A stretch of 64,000 nt of DNA, taken from contig OY729431.1 in the NCBI GenBank assembly GCA_963422395.1, forward strand, positions 1,568,001-1,632,000. Reading direction: 5' to 3'. Origin of the DNA: Vicinamibacteria bacterium (GTDB lineage: Bacteria; Acidobacteriota; Vicinamibacteria; Marinacidobacterales; Marinacidobacteraceae). Under the pieces are notes generated by a model. It was not told the DNA's origin. It searched no databases and saw nothing but the letters and a program-made list of their open reading frames with translations. Made by a program: the position numbers and the translations under genes. Positions 1 to 10,200 of the stretch are shown piece after piece; the stretch's first letter is position 1, and every line of letters starts with the position of its first letter.

Positions 1-2082
1 CGCTTCATCCACGGACTGCTATTCCAAGCGCCGCTCGTTCTCGCCGCACTCCCCGGCGCCTTCGCTCAAGAGCCGCCCCGAACCGCCGCTTCCATCGCGG
101 TGGAACCGGCTTCGCTACTCCTCGAAGTCGGGGAATCGGCCCAGTTGAAGGCGAGGGTGCTCGACGAGAGCGGCGCAGAGTTGTCCGATCTCCGGGTCGT
201 GTTCTTCTCCGGCAACCGGCTCGCCCTCACGGTGAGCCCGGGAGGCTTCGTCTCCGCGAACCGGCCCGGCGAGCACGAGGCCACCGCGCTGCTTCCCGAC
301 CAGCCCTTCGACGGGACCTGGGACTCCTACAGTCGGGGCGATCCGGGTCTGCGTGTCTCGGTCACGGTGAGCGTGAAGGTTCCGGAGGTCACCGAGCTGT
401 TCTTCGAGGATCCGCCCGCCGAGGCATATGCCGGCACCGAGCTGTCTTTCTCGGTGTCGGGGCGCGATCAGGCGGGAGACCTCCGCCCCGGAATCACCGC
501 ATCCTTCACGACGAACGACGATCGGGTTGCGACCGCCGCCGAGTTCGGCATGGTGTCCTTCCTCGCTCCCGGCACGGTGCGGGTCGTAGCGAGGAGCGGG
601 GAGCTCGCGGCAGAGCACGAGGTCCGGGTGGTGGAGAACCCGACGGACCGGATCGTCCTCCCGGCACCGGAACGAACCGAGGTGCGCGTCGGCGAGGTGA
701 TCGCCTTCCGCGCCGAGGCGCGCGATGCCGCGGGCCGGGCGCTCCCCGACCTCCCGATCCGCTTCGCCCTCGAATCGAGGCCGGATTCCTTCCGACCCGA
801 ATCGCTCGGGGCCGGGGCGCCGGCGCAGGTCACCGGCGACGGCCGGTTCGTCGCCGAACAGCCCGGGGTATATACGGTGATCGCGATGAGCGGGAGTCAG
901 GCGGCGCGGCGGACGGTGCGCGCGGTGCCGCGCCAGGTGGCCCGCGAAATCGAGTTCCTCGGCCACGCGCGGGTGTCCGACCGGGTGACCGGGGATCTCT
1001 GGGTCTGGGAGGGGCTCGACGGGCGCGACTACGCCGTCCACGGAACATGGAACGCCGAGGGGCACGCCTATTTCTACGATGTGACCGATCCGCGGAACAT
1101 GGAGCGGATCGACACGGTGCAGGTGGACGCCCGCACGGTGAACGATGTGAAGGTCTCCGAGGATGGAACCCTGTGCGTCATCAGCCGCGAAGGCGCCTCC
1201 AACCGACGGAACGGGATCGTATTGCTCGATTGCTCTAACCCGCGGGAGGTCGAGATCCTGAGTTCCTTCGACCAGGGCCTCACCGGAGGCGTCCACAATG
1301 TCTTCCTCGACCAGAACCATGTCTATGCGGTGAACAACGGCCGGCGCTGGGATGTGGTGAATGTCGAAGACCCGCGCAATCCGTTCCGCATTTCGCGGTT
1401 CGAGACCGAGACTCCGGGGCGCTCGGTCCACGATGTGTGGATCCGGGACGGCATCGCCTACCAGGCGGGGCGCACCGACGGCCTCATCATGGTGGATGTC
1501 GGGGGCGGCGGCCTCGGCGGCAGCCCGGCCTCGCCGGTGGAGATGGGGCGCTTTCCCCAGATCACCGGCTGGAACCACGCCGTGTGGCCCTTCCGCAGCC
1601 CCTCGACCGGGAAGCTGTATGTCATCGGAGGCGACGAAGCGTTCCACCTCAATCCACGGCGGCCGGACGCCGGCGGCATCCTCTGGAGGGAGGCCATCCC
1701 CTCGCGCGCGAAGGGCTGGCTCCACTTCGTGGATTTCACCGATCCCGAAAACCCCGCGGAGGTCGCCCGCTTCCAGCTCCCCGACTCCGGGCCCCACAAC
1801 CTCTGGATCGATGCGGAAGCGGAGATCCTGTATGTCGGCTACTACGACGCCGGACTCCGCGTGGTGGACATCTCGGGCGACCTGCTGGGCGATCTCTACC
1901 GGCAGGGCCGCGAGATCGCGCGCTTCTTCCCCGAGGACAACGAAGGCTTCCTCGCCAACGCCGCCTTCACCTGGGGGCCCCAGCCCCACAAGGGAACGAT
2001 CTTTCTCGCCGACTTCAACAGCGGCCTCTGGGCGGTCCGATTGAAAGACCCGGGGGATGCTGCAGGCGGCGGCTCGGAGTGA
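1..2082 (+). CDS. Secreted Ig-like (Big_2-type) + LVIVD-repeat beta-propeller protein, 5' partial
   Basis: Frame 1 is open from base 1 (RFIHGLLFQAPLVLAALPGAFA|QEP, signal-peptide-like), so the start lies upstream of the window. N-terminal Ig-like beta repeats are followed by LVIVD-like blades (YFYDVTDP, VLLDCSNP, LIMVDVGG, LRVVDISG). Confidence 0.8.
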   Translation, partial: RFIHGLLFQAPLVLAALPGAFAQEPPRTAASIAVEPASLLLEVGESAQLKARVLDESGAELSDLRVVFFSGNRLALTVSPGGFVSANRPGEHEATALLPDQPFDGTWDSYSRGDPGLRVSVTVSVKVPEVTELFFEDPPAEAYAGTELSFSVSGRDQAGDLRPGITASFTTNDDRVATAAEFGMVSFLAPGTVRVVARSGELAAEHEVRVVENPTDRIVLPAPERTEVRVGEVIAFRAEARDAAGRALPDLPIRFALESRPDSFRPESLGAGAPAQVTGDGRFVAEQPGVYTVIAMSGSQAARRTVRAVPRQVAREIEFLGHARVSDRVTGDLWVWEGLDGRDYAVHGTWNAEGHAYFYDVTDPRNMERIDTVQVDARTVNDVKVSEDGTLCVISREGASNRRNGIVLLDCSNPREVEILSSFDQGLTGGVHNVFLDQNHVYAVNNGRRWDVVNVEDPRNPFRISRFETETPGRSVHDVWIRDGIAYQAGRTDGLIMVDVGGGGLGGSPASPVEMGRFPQITGWNHAVWPFRSPSTGKLYVIGGDEAFHLNPRRPDAGGILWREAIPSRAKGWLHFVDFTDPENPAEVARFQLPDSGPHNLWIDAEAEILYVGYYDAGLRVVDISGDLLGDLYRQGREIARFFPEDNEGFLANAAFTWGPQPHKGTIFLADFNSGLWAVRLKDPGDAAGGGSE

Positions 2083-2192
2083 CGCTTCGCCGCTGGACCG
2101 AGCCGGGGCGCCCGGCCCCGCGAACCCGCTGAGAGCGCCCGGCGCGGACGATTCTCGCGGTGGTAAAGCCGACCCGGAGGAAAGGACGAACG

Positions 2193-2579
2193 GTGCGTTC
2201 CCCGAAGCTGGAGTTCGTTCGGGTCTGGCAGGGGATCGGCTGGGTGATGGTGCTGGTCGTCGTGGTGGAGACCCTCGCGCCCGACCCGGTATCCGGAGGG
2301 TTGGGAATCTGGGACAAGGCCCTGCACTGCGCGGCGTACGCCGGGTTGATGTGGTGGTTTCGTCAGAGTTTCGCCTTGCAGGCCGTCTGGCTGCCGTTTC
2401 TCCTCCTCCTCGGCGGATTCCTCGAACTCGCCCAACCGTGGTTAGGCGACCGATCGTTCGATGGCACCGACCTGTTGGCGAACGGGGCCGGCGTTCTCTC
2501 GGGGCTGCTGCTCGCTTGGACCGCGCTGGGGCGCACGGTCTCCACCCTGGATCGGAAGCTCACGCGCTTCCTTCGGTAG
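2193..2579 (+). CDS. VanZ-like family membrane protein
   Basis: DKALHCAAYAGL, ELAQPW..RSFD..DLLAN..G motifs; GTG at 2193 follows a purine-rich SD-like GGAAAGGA. Confidence 0.8.
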   Translation: MRSPKLEFVRVWQGIGWVMVLVVVVETLAPDPVSGGLGIWDKALHCAAYAGLMWWFRQSFALQAVWLPFLLLLGGFLELAQPWLGDRSFDGTDLLANGAGVLSGLLLAWTALGRTVSTLDRKLTRFLR

Positions 2580-2590
2580 CTGCGCCGCAA

Positions 2591-2665
2591 TAGCCTGTGG
2601 ATGAAGTGGCGCGAGCTCCGAGAGCGGTCCCGTTCTCCCGGTGGGGGGCGCGCGGCGGACGAGGC
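2591..2665 (+). repeat. Degenerate left end of the CTAG MITE family (orphan copy)
   Basis: tagcctgtggatgaagtggcgcgagctccgagagcggtcccgttctcccggtgg is nearly identical to 17783-17840 and matches the left end of the element at 13071. Confidence 0.7.
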
Positions 2666-2752
2666 GGCTTCCCTTCCCGCGTTCGCTCTTCGGTGCCGTC
2701 GCGCCTGGAGTGCGGTGGGCGAATCGCCGCACGGTTACCGTACTCTTTCCCG

Positions 2753-4987
2753 ATGATCTTCGAACGGATGCACCGGTTCGGCAGGAGCACTCCGAGAGAG
2801 GCTCCACCGGACCGGAAGTTCTCTTTTCGGGGCCGTCTCCTCGGGACATTCGGCCCGATCTCCCTCGGCTTCCTCCCCTGGTTTTCGGCAGCGGCTCACG
2901 CTCAGGAACTGCGCCTCGCCGTCACTCCGGCTTCGCTGGAACTCCGCGTGGGGCAGACGGCGAGCATCGAAGCCGCGGTGAGTGCGGCGGACGGAAGCCG
3001 GGACCCCAATGCCCCGGTGCTCTTCTTCTCGCTCGACCCAGCCGATGTCAGCGTCTCCCACACCGGAGTGGTGAGCGCCCACCGGGCGGGAGAGCACACC
3101 CTGGTCGCGCTGCTGCCGGCTTCGGGGACGACGCCCGGGTTCACCCGCCCCGACGATCCGGGCCTCCGGGTGGAAATCTCGGTGCGGGTGCTCCCCTCGG
3201 AGCTCGCCGTCCTCCGCTTCGTCGGGCTGCCCGAACGGGTGCTGGTCGGCACGAGCCTGCCGCTCCGGCTGCTGGCGGAGGACGAGGGTTCCGGCCCCCG
3301 CGATGTGCGTCCCGAGTTGCGCGCCGGGCCGGCGGGGGTCGCGGCGGTCACCGCCTTCGGGCCCCTCTTCGAGGGGACCTACCACGCGCATCCGTTCTAC
3401 GACCGGCCCCGCCCGCCGACATATCTCTGGGACGCCGCCGGAATGTTCCTCGCTCTCGCTCCGGGAACCGCGACCGTCAGCGCGCACCTCGGCGAGCTCT
3501 CCGTCGAGGCCCGGGTCGAAGTGCTCCCGAATCCGGCTCGTTCCCTCGTCCTCGACGCCGGATTCGGCGGCGCTCCGCTCGCAGGCCCGGTGCGGACCGG
3601 CGATGTAGTCCGCTTCCGCGCTTCGGTCGAAGATGCGGAGGGTGCGGCGGTCCCGGACGCTCCGGTGCGCTTCGCGCTCGAATCCCACCCGGACCCGAGC
3701 CGGTTCGACACCGTGGGCGCCGGAGCGCCAGCGCAGTTGCGGGCCGACGGTCGGTTCGTCGCCGAGCAGCCGGGCCTCTATCTCGTCTCCGCCGCTTCGG
3801 GCGCGGCGCTGGCCGAACGCATGGTTCCTGTCGTGCCCCGCGAAGTGGGGATGGCGATCGAGTTCGTGGGCCACGCACCGGTCCGCGACCGGGCGAGCTC
3901 GGACCTTTGGGTCTGGGAAGGCCCCGACGGGCGCGATTACGCGGCGCTCGGCACCTGGAACGCCGACGGGCACACGCTCTTCTTCGATGTCACCGACCCC
4001 GCCCGGATGGAGCGGATCGCCGAGGTGCAGGTGGACGCCCGCACCGTCAACGATGTGAAGGTGTCTGCCGACGGGAGAGTCGCGGTCATCACCCGCGAGG
4101 GGGCCTCGAACCGCCGAAACGGCTTCGTGATCCTCGATGTCTCCGATCCGAGGAACCCCGAAGTGCTCTCCCGTTTCGACGACGAGCTGACCGGCGGCGT
4201 CCACAACGTCTTCCTCCACGAAGGGCACATCTACGCCATCAACAACGGACGGCGCTTCGATGTCATCAACGCCGAAGACCCGAAGAATCCGTTTCGGGTA
4301 TCCCGGTTCGAGGATCCCCGCCCCGGCCGCAGCGTCCACGATGTCTGGGTTCACGAAGGAATCCTGTTCCAGGCCGGAAATACCGACGGTCTGGTGGTGG
4401 TGGATGTGGGCGGCGGCGGCAAGGGCGGATCTCCTAGGAATCCGGTCGAAATGGGGCGGCTCTACCAGCTCACCGGCTGGAACCACGCGGTCTGGCCGTT
4501 CCAGAGCCGCTCGGCGAACCGCTTCTATGTGGTGACCGGCGACGAATCCCACCCGGTGAACCCGCGTATTCCCGGCCCGATCCTCTCCTGGGAGGAGCGG
4601 ATGCCGTCGCGGGCGATGGGGTTCCTCCACTTCAACGAGTTCGACGACCCGGAGAACCCGGTGGAGATCGCTCGTTACCGGGTGCCCGAGGCCGGTCCGC
4701 ACAACCTGTGGATCGACTACGAGCAGGAGCTGATGTTCGTGGCCTATTTCAACGGCGGTCTCCGGGTGGTGGATGTGTCCGGCGAGCTCGTCGGCGACCT
4801 CTACCGGCAGGGCCGTGAGGTGGCGAAGTTCTATTCCGACGATCCGCAGGGATTCATCCCCAACGCCCCCTTCGTCTGGGGGCCGCAACCCCACAAGGGA
4901 ACGATCTTCTTCTCGGACTTCAACAGCGGCCTCTGGGCGGTCCGGCTCGTCCCGCGCGAAGACCGCTCGCCAGCTGCGTCCCGATAG
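2753..4987 (+). CDS. Secreted Ig-like + LVIVD-repeat protein, paralog of 1..2082
   Basis: Signal-like FLPWFSAAAHA|QE. Long stretches are identical to the first paralog (VQVDARTVNDVKVS, REGASNRRNG, GDLYRQGRE, WGPQPHKGTIF). Start uncertain: the track start at 2597 lies inside the repeat. Confidence 0.8.
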   Translation: MIFERMHRFGRSTPREAPPDRKFSFRGRLLGTFGPISLGFLPWFSAAAHAQELRLAVTPASLELRVGQTASIEAAVSAADGSRDPNAPVLFFSLDPADVSVSHTGVVSAHRAGEHTLVALLPASGTTPGFTRPDDPGLRVEISVRVLPSELAVLRFVGLPERVLVGTSLPLRLLAEDEGSGPRDVRPELRAGPAGVAAVTAFGPLFEGTYHAHPFYDRPRPPTYLWDAAGMFLALAPGTATVSAHLGELSVEARVEVLPNPARSLVLDAGFGGAPLAGPVRTGDVVRFRASVEDAEGAAVPDAPVRFALESHPDPSRFDTVGAGAPAQLRADGRFVAEQPGLYLVSAASGAALAERMVPVVPREVGMAIEFVGHAPVRDRASSDLWVWEGPDGRDYAALGTWNADGHTLFFDVTDPARMERIAEVQVDARTVNDVKVSADGRVAVITREGASNRRNGFVILDVSDPRNPEVLSRFDDELTGGVHNVFLHEGHIYAINNGRRFDVINAEDPKNPFRVSRFEDPRPGRSVHDVWVHEGILFQAGNTDGLVVVDVGGGGKGGSPRNPVEMGRLYQLTGWNHAVWPFQSRSANRFYVVTGDESHPVNPRIPGPILSWEERMPSRAMGFLHFNEFDDPENPVEIARYRVPEAGPHNLWIDYEQELMFVAYFNGGLRVVDVSGELVGDLYRQGREVAKFYSDDPQGFIPNAPFVWGPQPHKGTIFFSDFNSGLWAVRLVPREDRSPAASR

Positions 4988-5260
4988 CGAAGTCCCCGGT
5001 AGCGAAACGCGCTGGCCACCGGGGTCTGAACAACGCCCGGAAGGAAATAGTGATCGGGATCGGCGACATCGCCGAGAGCGGCTCCATCCGGTCCACCTCG
5101 CAGGTCTTTCGACGCCTTCTTCGACACGCTGGCCGGGCAGGTCCGGTTCCGGAACCCCGGCCTCGCCGCGCCCGGCTGAAGCGCGGCCGCGCGGGATTTC
5201 TTGCCAGCGGCCCCCGCTCCGGGGGACTTCCGTATCATCGGGCGCCGCTGGAGGTTTCCC

Positions 5261-5797
5261 ATGCGCAGCGCTCTCCCTTTTCTCTTCGCCCTGATCACTG
5301 CGCTGGCGTGGGGCCTCTACGGGCCGACCCTGGGCCAAGCACGGCTCGCCGACGCGGCAGCAAGCCCTTTCAAGCCCTATCTCGGGATCGGGATCGCCTA
5401 TCTGGTGGTGGCGATCGGCGGCGGGTTCGCCGGCATGTGGCTCCGAGGAGACAGCTTTTCCTTCGCGGGGGGCAGCGGACTCGCCTGGGGATTCCTCGCC
5501 GGGCTCCTCGGGGCGGTCGGCGCCTTCGGGCTGACGCTCTCGATGTTCACCGGCGGCGCCCGCATCCCCCACGCCGTGATGCCAGTGGTCTTCGGCGGAG
5601 CGGTCGCCATCACCGCCGTTTCGACCCTGCTGCTCTCCGGCGGCCGGTTGCGCGGCGGCCCGCTCCTCTGGCTCGGAATCGCCGGGGTTCTGGGGTCCAC
5701 GGTGTTGATCACGCAGAACACGCCGCACGCCCCGCCCGCGGCGGGGGCCGCGGCGAAGCCGGCAGCCGACCGATCTCCCCCTCACTCGGATCGGTGA
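5261..5797 (+). CDS. Multi-pass membrane protein (DMT/EamA-like half domain)
   Basis: About 5 hydrophobic helices, WGLYGP and VMPVVFGGA motifs; GGAGG precedes ATG 5261. Confidence 0.6.
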   Translation: MRSALPFLFALITALAWGLYGPTLGQARLADAAASPFKPYLGIGIAYLVVAIGGGFAGMWLRGDSFSFAGGSGLAWGFLAGLLGAVGAFGLTLSMFTGGARIPHAVMPVVFGGAVAITAVSTLLLSGGRLRGGPLLWLGIAGVLGSTVLITQNTPHAPPAAGAAAKPAADRSPPHSDR

Positions 5798-5916
5798 TTC
5801 CCCAGTCTGGAATTCTCCGGCCGCAAGCGCCCTCCCTATCGCCGGTGCGTGCGTCTCCGAGTCTTGGATACCCCTCGGGGTAGGAGGAATCCGGGATTCC
5901 TATACTCCCTCCCCCC

Positions 5917-7290
5917 ATGGCAGAGGAGGTGCAGTTGGCGGTCGGGCGCGCCCGGAAGCTCGCGAATTCGGGAGCCACCGCATCTCGCGCCTTCCGCACC
6001 GCCGCACTCGGAACCCTTGCCGCGCTGCTCCGGGAGCAGCGCACCGGTTGGGAAGAAGCGCTGTACGCGGATCTGGGGGCTCCGCCCTTCGAGAGCTGGG
6101 CCACCCAGATCGGGCTGGTCCATGCGGAGATTCGCCGCGCCCGCCGCCGACTGCGCCGCTGGATGCGGCCGCAGCGGGTCGGAACCCCCCTCGCGGTCAT
6201 GCCGGCGCGGAGCTGGATCGAGCCGGCGCCCCTCGGGGTGGTCCTCGTGATCGCCCCCTGGAACTATCCGTTGCAGCTCACCCTCGCCCCGGCGGCTGCC
6301 GCCATCGCCGCCGGAAACGCGGTGGTCATCAAGCCTTCGGAACACGCTCCAGCCACTGCGCGGCGGCTCGCCGAACGGATCCCCGCCGCACTGCCCGAAG
6401 GACTCGTCGAGGTGGTCCCCGGCCCGCCGGAAACGGCGGTCCGCCTACTGCGTGAACGGTTCGATCACATTCTTTTCACCGGAAGCCGGCGGGTGGGAAC
6501 ACTGGTCGCCGAGGCGGCGGCTCGTTCGCTGACCCCGGTTACGCTGGAACTCGGCGGGAAGTGCCCGACCCTGCTCGACCGCAGCGCCAACCTGCGGGTC
6601 GCCGCCCGCAGGATCGCCTGGGGGAAGTTCCTGAACGCCGGGCAGACCTGCGTCGCTCCGGACTTCGTGCTCGTTCCCCGGGAACGCCTCGAAGAGTTCG
6701 AGGCGTGGATCGCCGCGGATCTGAACCGGTTCTACGGAGGCGCACCGGCTCGGAGCCCCGACTACGCACGCATCGTCCACCGGCGTCATTTCGACCGGCT
6801 GATCCGCCTGCTCGACGGTCTCCCGCTCCGCCGGGGCGGGGAACACGACGCCGAAAGGCGCTTCCTCGCTCCCACCCTCACCGGACCCTGGCCGGCGGGG
6901 CATCCCGCCGCGAGCGAGGAGATCTTCGGGCCGATCCTGCCGATCCTGCCCTACGGCGACCTCGACGAAGCGATCACCGAGCTGCACCGACATCCCGATC
7001 CGCTGGCGCTCTATGTCTTCGCGCGCCGCAGCGAGCCGATACGGCGGGCGGCGGCGGCGATTCGATCCGGAGCACTCGTGGTGAACGATGTGGTCGTCCA
7101 CTGCGCCAATCCGTCGCTTCCCTTCGGGGGAATCGGCCGAAGCGGGTTCGGCGCCTACCACGGGCGGCACGGCTTCGAACGCCTCTCCCATCGGCGCGCC
7201 GTGTTCCGCGCTGCACGCTGGCCCGATCTTCCGGTGCGTTACCCGCCCTACGCCGGCAGGTTCTGGCTGTTGCGGCGCCTGCTGCGCTGA
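5917..7290 (+). CDS. Aldehyde dehydrogenase (class 3 / fatty aldehyde type)
   Basis: PWNYP, KPSE, FTGS, LELGGK, NAGQTCVAPD, EEIFGP, PFGGIGRSG motifs. Confidence 0.95.
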   Translation: MAEEVQLAVGRARKLANSGATASRAFRTAALGTLAALLREQRTGWEEALYADLGAPPFESWATQIGLVHAEIRRARRRLRRWMRPQRVGTPLAVMPARSWIEPAPLGVVLVIAPWNYPLQLTLAPAAAAIAAGNAVVIKPSEHAPATARRLAERIPAALPEGLVEVVPGPPETAVRLLRERFDHILFTGSRRVGTLVAEAAARSLTPVTLELGGKCPTLLDRSANLRVAARRIAWGKFLNAGQTCVAPDFVLVPRERLEEFEAWIAADLNRFYGGAPARSPDYARIVHRRHFDRLIRLLDGLPLRRGGEHDAERRFLAPTLTGPWPAGHPAASEEIFGPILPILPYGDLDEAITELHRHPDPLALYVFARRSEPIRRAAAAIRSGALVVNDVVVHCANPSLPFGGIGRSGFGAYHGRHGFERLSHRRAVFRAARWPDLPVRYPPYAGRFWLLRRLLR

Positions 7291-10200
7291 TGCCGGACTC
7301 CCCGACACCCGTGCGGCTGCCCTTCCCCATCGATCCGCGGGACGACCGACCGGAAGTCACTCTCGAAGCCGCCGAAGATCTCGTCCAGCGAATCTGGAAA
7401 ATCGATGCTGCGGCCAGTCCGATCCCCGGCGAGCGGGACCGGAACTTCGTGCTTCGGGAGCGGAACGGGTCCCGCTTCGTGCTCAAGATCAGCGCCCGCA
7501 GCGAGACCGAGCGCCGGTTGGATTTCGAGACCCGCTTGGTCCGGAGCGCCAGGCGGCAGGATCCAGCGCTGCGCTTGCCGGAACTCCTCCCCACCGCGGC
7601 GGGAGAGGATCGAATCCGCCGGCGGTTCGGCGATTCGCTCCACCACATCCGGCTCTTCCGTTATCTCGAAGGGGTACCGATCTCGTCTTTCCGCCGTCGC
7701 CCGCCGGCACTCCTCGACTCCATCGGCCGCTTTCTCGGGCGATTGCAAAACGCGATCGCCGCCGCCGAAACCCCGAATCCCGAAGCCTCGAACCCCGCAG
7801 CCCGGGAACCCGGACCTCCGAGGCCGGACACTCCGAACATTCCCTGGGCGCTGCCTCACGCCGAGCGGGTGATCCGGGAGGCGGCCGCGGTCCTCCCCGC
7901 CGGCCCCGAGCGAGGGCTCTATCAGCGCCTCGCGGATTCGATGATCGGCGAGTTGCCGCAGCTGCTGGCATTGCCCTCGACCCCGATCCACAACGACGCC
8001 AACGACGACAACCTGCTCCTGATCTCCGGAGAGCCGGAGGCCGCGGGCCCCGAGGACCTCATTCTGTTGGACTTCGGAGACGCTCTCGCTGCTCCCGCAG
8101 TCGTCGAAGCCGCGACGGCGGCCCTCTACGCCAGCGGCACTGCTCCGGACCCGATCGGAGCGGCAGCTCTCGTACTCAAGGGATTCGCCGACGAGCACCC
8201 GGTGACCGGGGAGGAGGCAGCACTCTTTCGCACGGCGATCGGCGTCCGGGCACTGGTCAGCGCCGGGGTCGCCGCTCTCCGCCGGGAAGCCGCCGAGCCA
8301 ACCCCCCCCGAGCCGTATCTGCTGACCAGCGAAGACGGAGTCTGGCATTTCCTGCGAACGCTCGAAGCGGAAACGCCGGCGGTCGCCGACGGACGCTTCC
8401 GGCTGGCATCGGGCCACGATCCCCTTCCGGGTGCGGCGGCACGGCGAACGGCGATCCGGCGGGCGGCCGCCGAAGCGGCGCCGCCGATCCGCTGGAGCGG
8501 CGGGGGGGTCCGCTGGCTGGATCTGACCCCGGCGAGTCCCACCGTGGATCCTGCGGCGCCGGGAGAAGCCTTGGCGCGGGCGGCCGCGGCGGCACGCAAG
8601 GCGGGGGCTACCGCGATCGGCAGGACCGGGGAAGCGCGCTTTCCGGAAACCGCTCCTACGGAAGCCGACCCGGCACCGGCCCGAAACCCGAGCGCCGACC
8701 CGCGCACCATCGAACTCGGCATCGAGGTCTTCGCACCCTCGGGAACCCTCGTCACTGCAGCGCTCGACGGGGCGGTCGCTTCGGTCGGCGAGGACTCTGC
8801 TCCGTGGGGCAGCAGCCTCGCCGTCCGGATCCACCACCAGGTGGGAACGGCGGAGTTGTGGACCCGCTACCGCCATCTCGCCCGGGATGGACTGAAAGCG
8901 CTTCGGCCCGGAGACCCGGTGCGCCGGGGAGAGCCTCTCGGAGCTCTCGCCGAGCCCCCCGCGAAGAGTGGCTGGCCGCCGCACCTTCGATTCCAGCTGC
9001 TCGCCGCCGATCTCGGCAACCGGCCGCCCGGGCGGTGCACTCCCGGCGACTTCCCTCTCTTCCGGGCGCTTTGCCCAGACCCGTCCCCGTTCCTCGGCCT
9101 CGACGACAGCGCCGCGGCGGCCGGCGACTGCGGCGAAGAGGTGTCCGCGTTGCGGAAAGCGCGCCGCCGGCACCTCAGCGGAGTGCTGAGTCTTTCCTAC
9201 GACGACCCCATCCAGGTCGTCCGGGGCCGCGGCGCGCGCCTCTACGACGCCGCCGGCAGGGACTACCTCGACATGGTGAACAATGTCTGCCATGTCGGCC
9301 ACTCGCATCCGCAGGTCGCCGGCGCGATCGCACGGCAGGCAGGGCTGCTGAACACGAACACCCGCTACCTGTACCGGGAACTCACCGATTACGCCGAACG
9401 GCTCGCGGCCACCCTGCCGGACCCGCTCGAGGTGGTGTTCCTCACGAACTCGGGCAGCGAGGCGAACGACCTGGCGCTCCGGATCGCGCGCACGCGGCTG
9501 GGGACCCGCAAAACTCTGGTTTTCGAGAGCGGCTACCACGGAAACCTGACCTCGCTGATCGAAGTGAGTCCCTACAAGCTCGACGGCAGCGGAGGTGCTC
9601 CGGGCCCTCGGTGGCTCCACCGGCTGCCGATGCCCTGCAGCTTCCGTAGCCCCTTCCGGGGCCATTATCGCGAAGCGGCGCCCGGCTTCCGGGAGGCCCT
9701 CATCGCCGATGCCGAACGCCGCATCCACGACTGCGGGCCGGCGGCCTTCCTCGGCGAGGCGATCCTCGGTTGCGGCGGGCAGATCGTCCCGCCGCCGGGG
9801 TATCTGGGAGCCCTCTACCGCGCGGTGCACGACGCCGGGGGCGTGGTCGTGGCCGACGAAGTGCAGACCGGCTTCGGCCGGGTGGGGCCGGACTTCTGGG
9901 CCTTCCTAGCGGTCCAGGACGACGGGGATCCGGTGATCCCCGACATCGTCACCCTCGGCAAACCGGCCGGAAACGGCCATCCACTGGGAGCGGTGGTCAC
10001 CACCCGCGAGCTGGCCCGTTCCTTCGAAACCGGAATGGAGTACTTCAACACCTTCGGAGGCAATCCAGTGTCCTGCGCTGCCGGGCTCGCGGTGCTGGAG
10101 GTTATCCGCGACGAAGGGCTCGCAGCCCACGCGGAGGCAGTGGGGACCCGGCTGCTTTGCGGACTCGACGAGCTCGCGAACCGGTACCCTATCGTCGGTC

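Noticed and set aside
2193-2579. VanZ as glycopeptide resistance evidence
   Set aside because: VanZ-like proteins are widespread and no van cluster is present.
115-5785. Long antisense or alternate-frame ORFs (115..1989 -, 2641..4437 +, 2735..5785 -)
   Set aside because: Shadows of the LVIVD genes in high-GC DNA; no recognisable motifs.
6561-7289. N-terminal 243 aa of the 1292-aa ORF
   Set aside because: Overlaps the ALDH in another frame; the real start is the coupled ATG at 7290.
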